Assembly (NCBI GenBank): GCA_900765165.1
Contig: CAAFQR010000110.1
Span: 6,776-70,775 of the forward strand
Reading direction: 5' to 3'
From: Veillonellaceae bacterium
Lineage (GTDB): Bacteria > Bacillota > Negativicutes > Veillonellales > Veillonellaceae
Length of the DNA: 64,000 bases
In this document: positions 8,836 to 18,689 of the stretch, piece after piece
Layout of the letters: every line of letters begins with the position of its first letter
How positions within the stretch are numbered: the stretch's first letter is position 1
Position numbers and translations under genes: made by a program
The notes under the pieces: generated by a model
Told to the model about the DNA's origin: nothing
The model's database searches: none
Seen by the model: the letters and a program-made list of their open reading frames with translations, nothing else

Positions 8836-9762
8836 TTACATGATCAAGGCCATAATCGCTTTCTGCGTATGCAACCGGTTCTCTGCTTCATCAAAGATCA
8901 CATTCGCATTGAGTTCAAATACTTCATTGGTAATTTCTTCTTCTCTGTGTGCCGGCAAGCAGTGCATTACGATAGCATCCTTAGCTGCTACGTCTAAGAG
9001 CTCGCGGTTAACCTGGTAACCGTTGAAGATGGAAAGACGTTTTTCGTATTCTGCTTCCTGGCCCATGCTGGCATATACGTCGGTATAGAAGATATCGGCG
9101 TCCTTAGCAGCGGCTAAGGGGTCGTGGGTGATGGTAATGGAACCACCGGTTTCCTCTGCATCTTCCTTGGCTAACGCTACGATACCGGCATTCGGTTCGA
9201 AGCCTTTCGGCCCGGCGAAGACGAAGTGCATGCCCATTTTAGCGCAAGCGAACATCAACGAATGCGCCATGTTATTGCCGTCGCCGACGAAGGTCATTTT
9301 ACAGCCTTTCAAATCATTGCCTTTATATTCCGTGGCGGTGAAAATATCCGTCATGGCCTGACACGGATGGAGCAGGTCAGTTAAGGCATTGATAACGGGA
9401 ATGTCCGCATATTCGGCGAATTCCGTAACGTTGGAGTGTGCAAAGGTACGGATCATAATACCGTCTACGTAGCGCGACAATACGCGGGCCGTATCTTTGA
9501 TTGGTTCACCACGGCCAATTTGTAAATCGCGATTGGAAAGGAAGAGACCCTGGCCGCCCAATTGATAAATACCGGTTTCGAAGGAAACGCGGGTACGGGT
9601 AGAGGATTTTTCGAAAATCATGCCTAATGTTTTACCGGCCAACAGCTGATGAGGAATACCGTGCTTTTGTTTATATTTTAACTCTTTGGTGAGTGCCAAT
9701 ACTTCCTCGACTTCCGCTACGGACAGATCGTGTATTGAAATAAAATCGTCACCTTTTTGCAT
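8836..9762 (-). CDS. argF: Ornithine carbamoyltransferase
   Basis: STRTR and HCLP motifs typical of OTCase. Start chosen at the internal ATG (MQKGDDFISIHDLS), which is preceded by AAGGAG. The ORF track's longer start at 9822 has no RBS. Confidence 0.85.
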   Translation of the reverse strand: MQKGDDFISIHDLSVAEVEEVLALTKELKYKQKHGIPHQLLAGKTLGMIFEKSSTRTRVSFETGIYQLGGQGLFLSNRDLQIGRGEPIKDTARVLSRYVDGIMIRTFAHSNVTEFAEYADIPVINALTDLLHPCQAMTDIFTATEYKGNDLKGCKMTFVGDGNNMAHSLMFACAKMGMHFVFAGPKGFEPNAGIVALAKEDAEETGGSITITHDPLAAAKDADIFYTDVYASMGQEAEYEKRLSIFNGYQVNRELLDVAAKDAIVMHCLPAHREEEITNEVFELNANVIFDEAENRLHTQKAIMALIM

Positions 9763-9910
9763 AATAAAACTCCTTATTCTATATGAAATCTCCTTATTCT
9801 TTAGTAAAGTCATGCGGAGCAAGCCGTGCCGTCGGAGCGACGAGGCATGCTAAGTCAATAATCCGAGTCGTAGTGTGCTAGCAGCGGGCGCTAGGCCCGC
9901 TCATTAGCGA

Positions 9911-11107
9911 TTAGTCCGCATACTTCGGTAATACTTTTTTGAGGCCGTTGATTAAGATATCTACGTGAGCTTTCGTAATGTTCAACGGCGGTACGAAACG
10001 CAATACATTGCCGGCGGTGCAGTTAATGATAAGACCTTCGCCAAGGCAAGCGTTTACGATTTCGCGGCCCGGTTTCGTTAATTCGGCGCCGACGATTAAG
10101 CCAAGACCACGAACTTCTTTGATCAAAGTCGGGAATTGTTTCTGTAATTCTTCAAGCTGTGCTTTAAGGTAAGCACCAACGGTAGCTGCGTTTTCCATGA
10201 GGCCGCCGTTGAGGAGTGTATCAAGCACTACATTGGCACCGGCGCAAGCTAAGGGGTTGCCACCGAAGGTAGAACCATGGTCGCCAGGTGCGAAGGTGTG
10301 AGCCAATTTATCGGTTGCAAGGAAGGCACCAATCGGCACGCCACCGGCAAGGCCTTTAGCCAAGGTGATGATGTCCGGTTTTACGCCGAAGTTTTCATAG
10401 CTACCGAATTTACCGGTACGGCCCATACCAGCCTGAATTTCGTCGAAGATGAGCAGCGCATCGTGTTCTTTACAAAGAGCAGCTACGCCCTGGATGTATT
10501 CAGCAGTCGGTACATGTACGCCGCCTTCGCCTTGAACAGCTTCGAGCATTACGGCGCAGGTTTTATCTGAAATGATTGCCTTAAGAGCGTCTAAGTCACC
10601 ATACGGTACATAGTCAAAGCCTGCCGGCAACGGACCGAAGCCGTGATGGTAATGGTCCTGACCGGTTGCCGTCAAGGTAGCTAAGGTACGGCCGTGGAAG
10701 CTGTTAAGTGCCGTGATAATCTGAACTTTTTCAGGATCCTTAGAAGTAGCGTATTTACGAGCCAATTTGATAGCCCCTTCGTTAGCTTCCGCACCGGAGT
10801 TAGCGAAGAATACGCGGTCCATGCCGCTTACTTTCTTCAATTTAGCGGCAGCGTCAGCCTGCACTTCTGTGTAGTACAAGTTGGAGCAGTGAATCATTTT
10901 ACTAGATTGGGTAGCAATAGCAGCTACTAACGGTTTGTAGTTATGACCAACTACGTTTACGGCAATACCGGCCAAGAAGTCCAAGTATTTGTTGCCGTCA
11001 GTATCGAAAACGTACGGGCCATCACCATGGTCGAGTACGATGTTATATCTAGCAAAGACCGGAAAATAATCGGCTGCATCGTGTTTGATAATTTCTTCGT
11101 TAAGCAT
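9911..11107 (-). CDS. argD: Acetylornithine aminotransferase (class III PLP aminotransferase)
   Basis: 398-aa class-III aminotransferase with the PLP-lysine region (DEIQAGMGRTGKF). Sits in the arg operon context. Confidence 0.85.
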   Translation of the reverse strand: MLNEEIIKHDAADYFPVFARYNIVLDHGDGPYVFDTDGNKYLDFLAGIAVNVVGHNYKPLVAAIATQSSKMIHCSNLYYTEVQADAAAKLKKVSGMDRVFFANSGAEANEGAIKLARKYATSKDPEKVQIITALNSFHGRTLATLTATGQDHYHHGFGPLPAGFDYVPYGDLDALKAIISDKTCAVMLEAVQGEGGVHVPTAEYIQGVAALCKEHDALLIFDEIQAGMGRTGKFGSYENFGVKPDIITLAKGLAGGVPIGAFLATDKLAHTFAPGDHGSTFGGNPLACAGANVVLDTLLNGGLMENAATVGAYLKAQLEELQKQFPTLIKEVRGLGLIVGAELTKPGREIVNACLGEGLIINCTAGNVLRFVPPLNITKAHVDILINGLKKVLPKYAD

Positions 11108-11223
11108 TGTAGATAACGCCTCCTTGTAAAGTAGCGGTTAATTCATAGTCGCGGGTAATTCATAGTCGCGAGTAATTCTGAGTCGCGAGTGATTTAGCGG
11201 GGCTAGTGCATAGCCGTTCGCTC

Positions 11224-12240
11224 TTAGTGGTTAATTTCAGTACCGATACCGTTATCGGTGAAGAGTTCGAGGATGATGGCGTGCGGTTCGCAACCATTGA
11301 TGATGCTAACTTTGCCAGCGCCGGTTTTCAATGCATGTAAGGAAGCTTCCACCTTCGGAATCATGCCGCCGCTAATCTGGCCTTTGTTAATCATGCCAGC
11401 AGCTTCATAGCCGCTCAAGGAGCTTAAGAACGTGGACGGATCTTCGAATACCTTGTAAACGCCTTTGGTGTTCGTTAAGAGGATAAGCTTCGTAGCTTTC
11501 AAAGCGCCGGCGATTTCAGCGGCTGCATAGTCAGCGTTGATGTTGTACGTGCTTTCGCCCTTGCCAGTGCCGATAGGGGAGATAACCGGTACATAGCCGT
11601 TGTCCAAGAGGTCGTTGATGATCTTGGTATTAACTTTCTGAACTTCGCCAACGAAGCCGATGTCTACTAAGTGGCTGTGGCCGTTATCTTCGTGAATTTC
11701 AGCCAATTTCTTCGTAGCCCAGAGGAGGTTAGCGTCTTTACCGCTAAGGCCTACAGCGGGGATGCCCAACTTGTTGAGGCGGTTAACGATTTCAGAGTTC
11801 AATTTGCCAACCAATACCATTTCAGCGATGGTTACCGTTTCCTGGTCCGTTACGCGAAGGCCGCTAACGAAGGTGGATTCTTTGCCGAATTTTTGAAGGA
11901 AATCAGTGATGTCAGGGCCGCCGCCATGTACGATAACCGGGCGGATACCGATACATTTCATGAGGGCGATGTCCTGCATAACCTGAGTTTTCAATTCGTC
12001 GTTGATCATAGCGTTGCCGCCGTATTTGATAACGATGGTTTTGCCGGCGAATTTCTGGATATACGGTAAGGCTTCAACTAAAACGGAAGCTTTTACATTC
12101 GGATCGAAGTGATCGGTCGGTAAACCGAATTCCGGTTCGATTTCCGGAGCTACCGTCGGGTTTGCCGGATTCTTTTTATCAGTCGTTTCGTTTACAGTCG
12201 TTACATTATGGAGATTTAATTCAGTTATCATGAGTCTCAT
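11224..12240 (-). CDS. argB: Acetylglutamate kinase, with an unusual ~45-aa N-terminal extension
   Basis: Conserved core begins at ...ASVLVEALPYIQKFAGKTIVIKYGGNAM. No alternative in-frame start lies nearer the core (codon 49 is GTA). The second ATG at 12231 has a better-spaced RBS. Confidence 0.8.
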   Translation of the reverse strand: MRLMITELNLHNVTTVNETTDKKNPANPTVAPEIEPEFGLPTDHFDPNVKASVLVEALPYIQKFAGKTIVIKYGGNAMINDELKTQVMQDIALMKCIGIRPVIVHGGGPDITDFLQKFGKESTFVSGLRVTDQETVTIAEMVLVGKLNSEIVNRLNKLGIPAVGLSGKDANLLWATKKLAEIHEDNGHSHLVDIGFVGEVQKVNTKIINDLLDNGYVPVISPIGTGKGESTYNINADYAAAEIAGALKATKLILLTNTKGVYKVFEDPSTFLSSLSGYEAAGMINKGQISGGMIPKVEASLHALKTGAGKVSIINGCEPHAIILELFTDNGIGTEINH

Positions 12241-12272
12241 CCTTTCAGATAGGTAATGGAGTAGTTAGTATA

Positions 12273-13487
12273 TCAGGTGTGATATTCGCCGTTAATTTTT
12301 ACATAGCCATAAGTTAAGTCACAGGTCCAAACCGTAGCCGATTCCGTACCCTGGTTGAGGTCGATGTCGACAACGATGTCATGTTCTGCCATAATCGCAC
12401 GAAGTGCTGCTTCGTTGTAATCGGTGCCCATGCCTTTGGTGAAGATAGGGATGCCGCCAATGGAGAGGGTCGTTTTTTCCGGTACCATATTTGCGCCGGA
12501 GTAACCAACGGCACAGATGATGCGGCCCCAGTTCGGGTCTTCACCGAAGAACGCTGTTTTAACGAGCGGCGAGTTTGCTACTGCCATACCTACCGTTTTA
12601 GCGTCGTTGAAATCAACAGCGTTGTGGATGTTGATGGTAATGAATTTGCCAGCTCCTTCGCCGTCAGCAGCGATTTGCTTAGCTAATTCGATGGTAATAT
12701 TCTTGAGGACTTCTTTCACGGTTTCAAAGTCTTCATTTTCTGTATCGATGATGTCGTTACCGGCAAGGCCGTTAGCGAGGACGATGCACATGTCGTTGGT
12801 GCTCATGTCGCCGTCAACGGAGATCATGTTAAAGGAAAGGTTAACAGCGGCGCTTAAGGCTTTTTGCAACAGGGCCGGCGTAATAGCCAAGTCCGTTGTA
12901 ATGTAGCACAGCATGGTGGCCATGTTCGGTCGAATCATGCCGGAGCCTTTAGCGATACCGCCGATGTGAACTTCTTTGCCGCCTACTGTAAAGGTTGCCG
13001 TAGCAGTTTTGCTCTTCGTATCGGTAGTTAAGATAGCAGCGGACGCATCAGCACTACCGGTAGGGGAGAGCTCAGCGGCTACTTTAGGAATGCCGGCGGT
13101 GATGGTGTCCATCGGAAGCTGAACGCCGATAACGCCGGTGGAGCCAACGATAACTTCTTCCGGTTTGCAGCCTAAGGTCTTTGCCGTAACTTCGCCCATG
13201 TTGTGAGCGTTTTTAAGACCTTCGTCGCCGGTACAAGCATTGGCGCAGCCTGCATTGGAGATAACCGCATGAGCGGTTCCGTTTTTAACGGTTAATTTGG
13301 AAACGTGAACCGGTGCAGCGGCCACCTTGTTCTGAGTGAAGGTGCCGGCTACAGCAGCCGGTGTTTCGGTGTAAATCAAAGCTAAGTCTTTGTTGCCACT
13401 TTTCTTTAAGCCGGCTACGATACCAGCTGCTTTAAAGCCCTTTGCAAAGGTAACGCCGGCAGGGTCGTTTATTTTAATTGGGATCAT
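12273..13487 (-). CDS. argJ: Bifunctional glutamate N-acetyltransferase / amino-acid acetyltransferase
   Basis: 404 aa with the ArgJ autoproteolytic region (...ATMLCYITTD...). Confidence 0.85.
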   Translation of the reverse strand: MIPIKINDPAGVTFAKGFKAAGIVAGLKKSGNKDLALIYTETPAAVAGTFTQNKVAAAPVHVSKLTVKNGTAHAVISNAGCANACTGDEGLKNAHNMGEVTAKTLGCKPEEVIVGSTGVIGVQLPMDTITAGIPKVAAELSPTGSADASAAILTTDTKSKTATATFTVGGKEVHIGGIAKGSGMIRPNMATMLCYITTDLAITPALLQKALSAAVNLSFNMISVDGDMSTNDMCIVLANGLAGNDIIDTENEDFETVKEVLKNITIELAKQIAADGEGAGKFITINIHNAVDFNDAKTVGMAVANSPLVKTAFFGEDPNWGRIICAVGYSGANMVPEKTTLSIGGIPIFTKGMGTDYNEAALRAIMAEHDIVVDIDLNQGTESATVWTCDLTYGYVKINGEYHT

Positions 13488-13542
13488 AATGTCTACCTCT
13501 TTGTTATATGTTAGATGATGTCAGATGTGAGCCAGCGTTACA

Positions 13543-14580
13543 TCAAGGGAACATGGGGACAAGCTTTAAGCCCGTTGCTTCCGGGAAGCCGTTGGCAATA
13601 TTAAAGTTCTGTACAGCCTGGCCGGCAGCGCCTTTTACCAGGTTGTCGATAGCGCTTAAGACGATAACGCGTTTGGTTCGTTTGTCATAGTGCCAGCCAA
13701 TGTCGACGAAGTTGGAGCCGCGAACGAATTTCGTGTTCGGATAGGCGCCAAGACCGAGAAGTCGGATGAACTGTTCGTCGGCGTATTTCTTTTCAAAAGC
13801 GGCGGTAATCGTTTCTGCGGTAACGCCGTCGTTGCATTTGGCATAGGCGGTAGCTAAGATACCGCGGCTCATTGGTACCAGGTGCGGCGTGAAGTTCAAG
13901 GTAATGTCCTTGCCACAAAGAGAACCGAGGGCCTGTTCGATTTCCGGTGTATGGCGGTGCGTTGCTACGCCATAGGCTTTGAAATTATCGTAGAATTCAG
14001 GGAAGTGGGTGTCCGGTTTAGCACTGCGGCCGGCGCCGGAAACACCGGATTTGGCGTCGATAACGATGGAGTCCGTATCGATTAAGCCAGCTTCTACTAA
14101 CGGCGCTAAGGCCAAGATGGAAGCGGTGGTGTAGCAACCGGCATTGCCAATGATCTTGGCGTCCTTAACCTGGTCACGGGTTAATTCGGCTAAGCCGTAA
14201 ACGCGCGGTGCGTCAGGATAGGTGTGCGGCACATGGTACCAAGCTTCGTAGGTGTTAACGTCGTCGAAGCGATAGTCGGCACCAAGGTCGATAATTCGGA
14301 CTGGAAGGTCCTTAACGGCGAGGCCGATTTTCATAGCGTGGCCATGGGGCAAGCCAACGAACAAGAAGTCGCTGTCTTTGGCAATGGGTACGATGTCAGC
14401 GGCGCTTTCCAAAACCAAATCGGTGACTCCTCGCAAGTGGGGATACACTTCGCAAAGCGGTACGCCAGGATTGCTTTCCGACGTTACGTGTGTAATTGTT
14501 ACCTCCGGATGCTGCAATAAGAGTTTTACCAATTCGGCACCGGCATAACCGGTTGCGCCGATAATACTTACTTTTACCAT
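13543..14580 (-). CDS. argC: N-acetyl-gamma-glutamyl-phosphate reductase
   Basis: 345 aa. N-terminal NAD-binding GATGYAG motif and catalytic Cys region (GCYTTASIL) present. First gene of the minus-strand arg operon. Confidence 0.85.
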   Translation of the reverse strand: MVKVSIIGATGYAGAELVKLLLQHPEVTITHVTSESNPGVPLCEVYPHLRGVTDLVLESAADIVPIAKDSDFLFVGLPHGHAMKIGLAVKDLPVRIIDLGADYRFDDVNTYEAWYHVPHTYPDAPRVYGLAELTRDQVKDAKIIGNAGCYTTASILALAPLVEAGLIDTDSIVIDAKSGVSGAGRSAKPDTHFPEFYDNFKAYGVATHRHTPEIEQALGSLCGKDITLNFTPHLVPMSRGILATAYAKCNDGVTAETITAAFEKKYADEQFIRLLGLGAYPNTKFVRGSNFVDIGWHYDKRTKRVIVLSAIDNLVKGAAGQAVQNFNIANGFPEATGLKLVPMFP

Positions 14581-14602
14581 ACTGTCCCTCCTGCCTGCGA
14601 CC

Positions 14603-14720
14603 TGTGAAATAAAGGGCGGTCGCTGTGAAAATGCTTACCTATATCGTGAATTAATATTCGTTCCGTGTGAATATTTACCAAGTGATTGAAATTATAAACT
14701 TTTATGCATAAAAATGCAAG
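14603..14720. promoter_or_regulatory. argC promoter region with a candidate ArgR/AhrC ARG box
   Basis: TATGCATAAAAATGCAAG at 14703-14720 resembles the Firmicutes ARG box (CATGAATAAAAATTCAAG). It lies ~125 nt upstream of the argC start in an AT-rich promoter region. Confidence 0.35.
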
Positions 14721-14852
14721 TACATTTTGAAAAAAATTCGTTTATGTAGCGAAAATTTTTCGTCGAGGTGGAAAATAGGGTCTAGAATCCCCTTATATAT
14801 AAGGTTTTGTATAGAGGTTTTTTGAGAGTGCTGTGAAAATTAGCTAGGAGCA

Positions 14853-14893
14853 TAAAAAAACAGCCGACTCACGGAGTCGGCTGTTGGGTTTTG
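14853..14893. terminator. Bidirectional intrinsic terminator (T-run on both strands)
   Basis: Hairpin CAGCCGACTC-ACGG-AGTCGGCTG flanked by A7 upstream and TTGGGTTTTG downstream. On the minus strand it terminates the AEC transporter gene. Confidence 0.7.
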
Positions 14894-14976
14894 TATTACA
14901 CTGTATTATGTATACTGTGTAATATGAATATTAATAATCGGGACGCTCGGAAAGTGAGCTTGGTTTCGCTGTACAA

Positions 14977-15957
14977 TTATACAAGGGGGAACATGTTGTA
15001 CGCGAAGATGATGGCGATTGGCAAGGTGATGGCCGATAACACGGTGGTGGCCATTACAATTTGCGTAGCCAGCTCTGGGTTGTTTTTCATTTCAAAGGCT
15101 ATAAGGGCCGTATTGAGCGCCGTCGGCACGCTGTAGGTAATGGTAACCGCTTGGGCCGCAATGGGGCTTATAGGGCCATATAGGTGCATGAAAATGAGGA
15201 TGAACACGGCGGCTACGATAGGACCACCGATAAGGCGAAGTGCGGTGCCAACCATAACGTCGAATTTGAAGAAATTGTACGGTGTACGGTTCAGTTGCAC
15301 GCCTAAGGTGATGATGGCCATACCAACGAAGGCGTGGCTAATAATCGTAAGGGGCGACCAGAACATGAAGGTCGTAAAGTCTACAGGTAGGAGCTTTGCT
15401 AAAATAGCGGCCGGAACGACGTAGAGCATGGGCATGCGGAATACCATGCGCAATGCGTCGCGGCTTGTCATGTTGCCGGTGCCGGCCTGGTAGAAGCCTA
15501 AGGTGTTACAGAAGATAGTCTGCACAACGAAGGTAGCGATAATGGCTACGATGCCGGCTTGCAAATACGGCGTCTGACCGTTGACGATGTACGGATGATT
15601 GGAAAATACGAAGCTGGCAATGGCGATGCCGATGTTGCCGCCGTTGTTGAACATGGTGCCGTTCTTGATGATCATCGTTTTTTTATGGTCATAGCCTAAT
15701 AGCTTTGATACGGCAGTGGCCATGAAGCCATTAGAAAAGAGTATGAGGAACGCACACAGCGAAATTTCTATACTTTCGTGATCTAGATGCGCCGTGTACA
15801 ACGACGCGAACGCATAGGTCGGTAACAGGATATAGAAATTTAATTTGCTGAGCGAACGTAAATCAAGTGTGAATTTTCGGTCTAAAATAAACCCGACGGC
15901 TACCATAATCAGAATCGGCATAATACTTGTCCAGAATATATGGATTACCAGCAGCAT
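14977..15957 (-). CDS. AEC-family (auxin efflux carrier / malate permease-like) transporter
   Basis: 326-aa membrane protein with about 10 TM segments; AEC family architecture. Confidence 0.7.
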   Translation of the reverse strand: MLLVIHIFWTSIMPILIMVAVGFILDRKFTLDLRSLSKLNFYILLPTYAFASLYTAHLDHESIEISLCAFLILFSNGFMATAVSKLLGYDHKKTMIIKNGTMFNNGGNIGIAIASFVFSNHPYIVNGQTPYLQAGIVAIIATFVVQTIFCNTLGFYQAGTGNMTSRDALRMVFRMPMLYVVPAAILAKLLPVDFTTFMFWSPLTIISHAFVGMAIITLGVQLNRTPYNFFKFDVMVGTALRLIGGPIVAAVFILIFMHLYGPISPIAAQAVTITYSVPTALNTALIAFEMKNNPELATQIVMATTVLSAITLPIAIIFAYNMFPLV

Positions 15958-16252
15958 AGCATCATCTCCTATCTATTTATATCTTAACTATACAGGATTG
16001 ACAGAAAGTTGACAAATAATAAATCATGCATAGATAGTATAAAATCCAAAAAAGTTTAATCTCCGCTAAAAAATAGGGAATTAAACTCTTTCAATCCGCT
16101 TGTAAATCTTTTATAATGAAGTTATCAAGGCCGATGATGATACTGATAGTTAATTAGTAGGAGTTACTGTTATCGATAACAATAGGTATGAAAAGCTTTA
16201 TATAGGCTCGGTATATTCAGTAGCCTATAGATTTTATTGAGGAGGTAATAGA

Positions 16253-17059
16253 ATGCAGTTTAAGCGTAAAGCATTAGCATTGTTATTGGGCGCAGCCGTT
16301 ATGGTGGCGGCCGCCGGTTGTGGCCAGTCCGCCGATAAGAAGGATGCCGGTGCTGCTGATAAATCGCAAACAATTACTGTATCCGCAGCAGCAAGTATGC
16401 AAGCTGCTATGAATGAATTAAAGGATAACTATGTGAAGGCGCATCATTTAGATGCTTCGCAGATTGCTATTAACTATGGTGGATCCGGCACCTTGCGCCA
16501 GCAGATTGAACAGGGCGCACCGTCCTCTATTTTCGTGTCCGCTGACGAAAAGAACATGAAAATGTTGCAGGACAAACAGCTGGTAAGTAATGTAAAACCG
16601 TTGACGGCTAACTCTTTGGTATTGATTGTACCGAAGGGTAAACCGGCTATTAAAATTAACCAGTTGGCTAACGTAAATCGCTTGGCTATCGGTACTGTTG
16701 AAACCGTACCGGCTGGTCGTTATGCACAGCAGACCTTGACGAAGTTGGGCATGTGGGATTTATTGCAGTCTAAGATTGTATACGCTAAAGACGTAAAAGC
16801 AGTAGCGGCTTATATTGCTGCCGGCTCTGCTGATGCAGGCTTCGTATATAAAACCGATGCTATGGATATGAAGGATAAAGTGGATATTACCGATACGGCG
16901 CCGGCTGATTCCCATTCGCCGATTATCTATCCTATCGCTATGGTTACGAAAAATGAAAATCAGCTTACCAAGGAATTCTACGCATACTTAACGAGTCCGG
17001 AAGCACAGCAGATTTTACAGAAATACGGCTTCACCAGTGTGCCGAACTCGGCTAAATAA
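16253..17059 (+). CDS. modA: Molybdate ABC transporter substrate-binding lipoprotein
   Basis: Lipoprotein signal (AAGCGQS). ModA family motifs (SAAASMQ...NYGGSGTLRQQIEQGAP...). RBS GGAGG. Confidence 0.85.
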   Translation: MQFKRKALALLLGAAVMVAAAGCGQSADKKDAGAADKSQTITVSAAASMQAAMNELKDNYVKAHHLDASQIAINYGGSGTLRQQIEQGAPSSIFVSADEKNMKMLQDKQLVSNVKPLTANSLVLIVPKGKPAIKINQLANVNRLAIGTVETVPAGRYAQQTLTKLGMWDLLQSKIVYAKDVKAVAAYIAAGSADAGFVYKTDAMDMKDKVDITDTAPADSHSPIIYPIAMVTKNENQLTKEFYAYLTSPEAQQILQKYGFTSVPNSAK

Positions 17060-17173
17060 TCTACTCAGTAGGGTAAAGGCACCGCCAGCATTTGTGCGGT
17101 GCCTTTTTCATAGCACTTTGCGTGCCTAAGTGGCATTGTGGTTTAGTATTTGAATAGATAAGGAGGGCACTGT

Positions 17174-17842
17174 ATGAGTCCGTTGTGGCTATCCATTGAA
17201 GTGGCCGCCTTAGCGCTCGTTAATATCGTCGTTGTTGGCTTGTTCCTTAATTTCTTGCTAAAGCGATATAAGTTTCGCGGCAAGACGTTTATTGATTCGA
17301 TTTTAACACTGCCTTTAGTACTGCCGCCGGTAGTGGTAGGCTTTGCGCTACTTATCGTGTTTTCGCCGGGCAATAGCTTTGGTTCCTGGCTTCAGGCCAA
17401 TGGCTTAGGCGTTGTGTTCACGAAAGCCGGTGCCGTTTTGGCGTCGTCCATTATAGGCTTTCCGCTCTTTTATCAGACGGTGCGGTCGGCCTTGGATTCC
17501 ATCGATCCATCTGTAGAAGATGTAGCGCGTACCTTAGGCGCTTCGGAGCTGCGCATATTTTTCACCATTTCCATGCCATTGGCGTGGAAGGGGATCTTAA
17601 CCGGTGCCATTTTGGCCTTCAGTCGTGCCCTTGGTGAATTCGGTGCAACCATTTTAATTGCCGGTAACATCCCGGGCGTAACACGCACTATGCCGCTCGC
17701 CATTTATTCTCTCGTTGAATTTGGCGATTATAACGGTGCCTTGACGATCGTTTGCTATATTTGTGCCTTAACCTTAGCGTTGCTCTGGACGGTTCATTTC
17801 TTGACCAAGGGCAGCTTGTTCCGCCAAGGCGAGCAGCGATAA
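17174..17842 (+). CDS. modB: Molybdate ABC transporter permease
   Basis: 222 aa with the EAA-loop permease motif (ALGEFGATILIAGNIPG). Confidence 0.85.
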   Translation: MSPLWLSIEVAALALVNIVVVGLFLNFLLKRYKFRGKTFIDSILTLPLVLPPVVVGFALLIVFSPGNSFGSWLQANGLGVVFTKAGAVLASSIIGFPLFYQTVRSALDSIDPSVEDVARTLGASELRIFFTISMPLAWKGILTGAILAFSRALGEFGATILIAGNIPGVTRTMPLAIYSLVEFGDYNGALTIVCYICALTLALLWTVHFLTKGSLFRQGEQR

Positions 17843-17854
17843 GGAGGTGCGACG

Positions 17855-18493
17855 ATGATTACATTCAACATTACGGTGCACCGACCTACCGTTACGGTGG
17901 CTGGCAGTGGCACCTTAAGCAGTGGCATTACAGCTCTTACCGGGTCCTCCGGTAGCGGTAAATCAACGATTATTAAGAGCTTAGCCGGCCTTGTAAAGCC
18001 GGACGAAGGCTTTATCAAGCGCGATGACATGGTGTGGTTCGATAGCACCAAGAAGCAGTTTTTGCGGCCTCAAGAACGCCACGTAGGCTATATGCCGCAA
18101 GGGAACATCATCTTCCCGCATATGTCGGTATACAAGAACATTACCTATAGCAAACGAGGCGATGAGGGGTTACTGCAACGGATTATGGACCGCTTGCAGC
18201 TGGAACGCTATCGGAATACGAAGGCCGGCGATTTGTCCGGCGGGGAACAGCAGCGTGTAGCGCTGGGACGAGCGCTTTACGCCAAGCCGGTTATCCTGTT
18301 GTTAGATGAACCGCTGTCGGCGTTAGATTGGAATCTGCGCGCCCAGGTGCGTCAAGACTTGGTAGATATTATCCGCGAGTGGGATATTCCTTGTCTGTGG
18401 GTAACCCATGATAAAGAAGAAGCCGATGACGTAGGCGACTTCCGCTGGTACTGTGAGCATGGTGAGCTTACGACCAGTGAACCTGTGAAATAA
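17855..18493 (+). CDS. modC: Molybdate ABC transporter ATP-binding protein (short form; no C-terminal TOBE/MOP domain)
   Basis: Walker A (GSSGSGKST), ABC signature (LSGGEQQRV) and Walker B (LLLDEP) present. Only 212 aa. Confidence 0.8.
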   Translation: MITFNITVHRPTVTVAGSGTLSSGITALTGSSGSGKSTIIKSLAGLVKPDEGFIKRDDMVWFDSTKKQFLRPQERHVGYMPQGNIIFPHMSVYKNITYSKRGDEGLLQRIMDRLQLERYRNTKAGDLSGGEQQRVALGRALYAKPVILLLDEPLSALDWNLRAQVRQDLVDIIREWDIPCLWVTHDKEEADDVGDFRWYCEHGELTTSEPVK

Positions 18494-18495
18494 CG

Positions 18496-18590
18496 AGACG
18501 GGGCTCCTTGGGGAGCCCCGTTTTTGCGCCTTGAAGGTTGGCGTTCAGGATACTAAAAAAGGTGGCAACGATTTCGTTGCCACCTTTTGT
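18496..18590. terminator. Two consecutive intrinsic terminators between modC and rubrerythrin
   Basis: GAGACGGGGCTCC-TTGG-GGAGCCCCG followed by TTTTTG at 18496-18527. AAAAAAGGTGGCAACG-ATTTC-GTTGCCACCTTTTGT at 18555-18590 is bidirectional. Confidence 0.75.
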
Positions 18591-18689
18591 GCACTTGCAC
18601 TAGGTTATAAACCACTTGGTTTAGTTATGGAAACGCTACTTAGCGAATCTAGTGTATGGTGTTACCTGCTTAGGTTATTCAATTAAGAA

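Noticed and set aside
16090-16252. Possible Moco riboswitch or ModE box upstream of modA (palindromes TTATCGATAA and TATAGGCT-N13-AGCCTATA)
   Set aside because: I could not match the Moco riboswitch consensus from memory. The palindromes are short and could be leader hairpins. Mentioned only as a possibility, not called as a feature.
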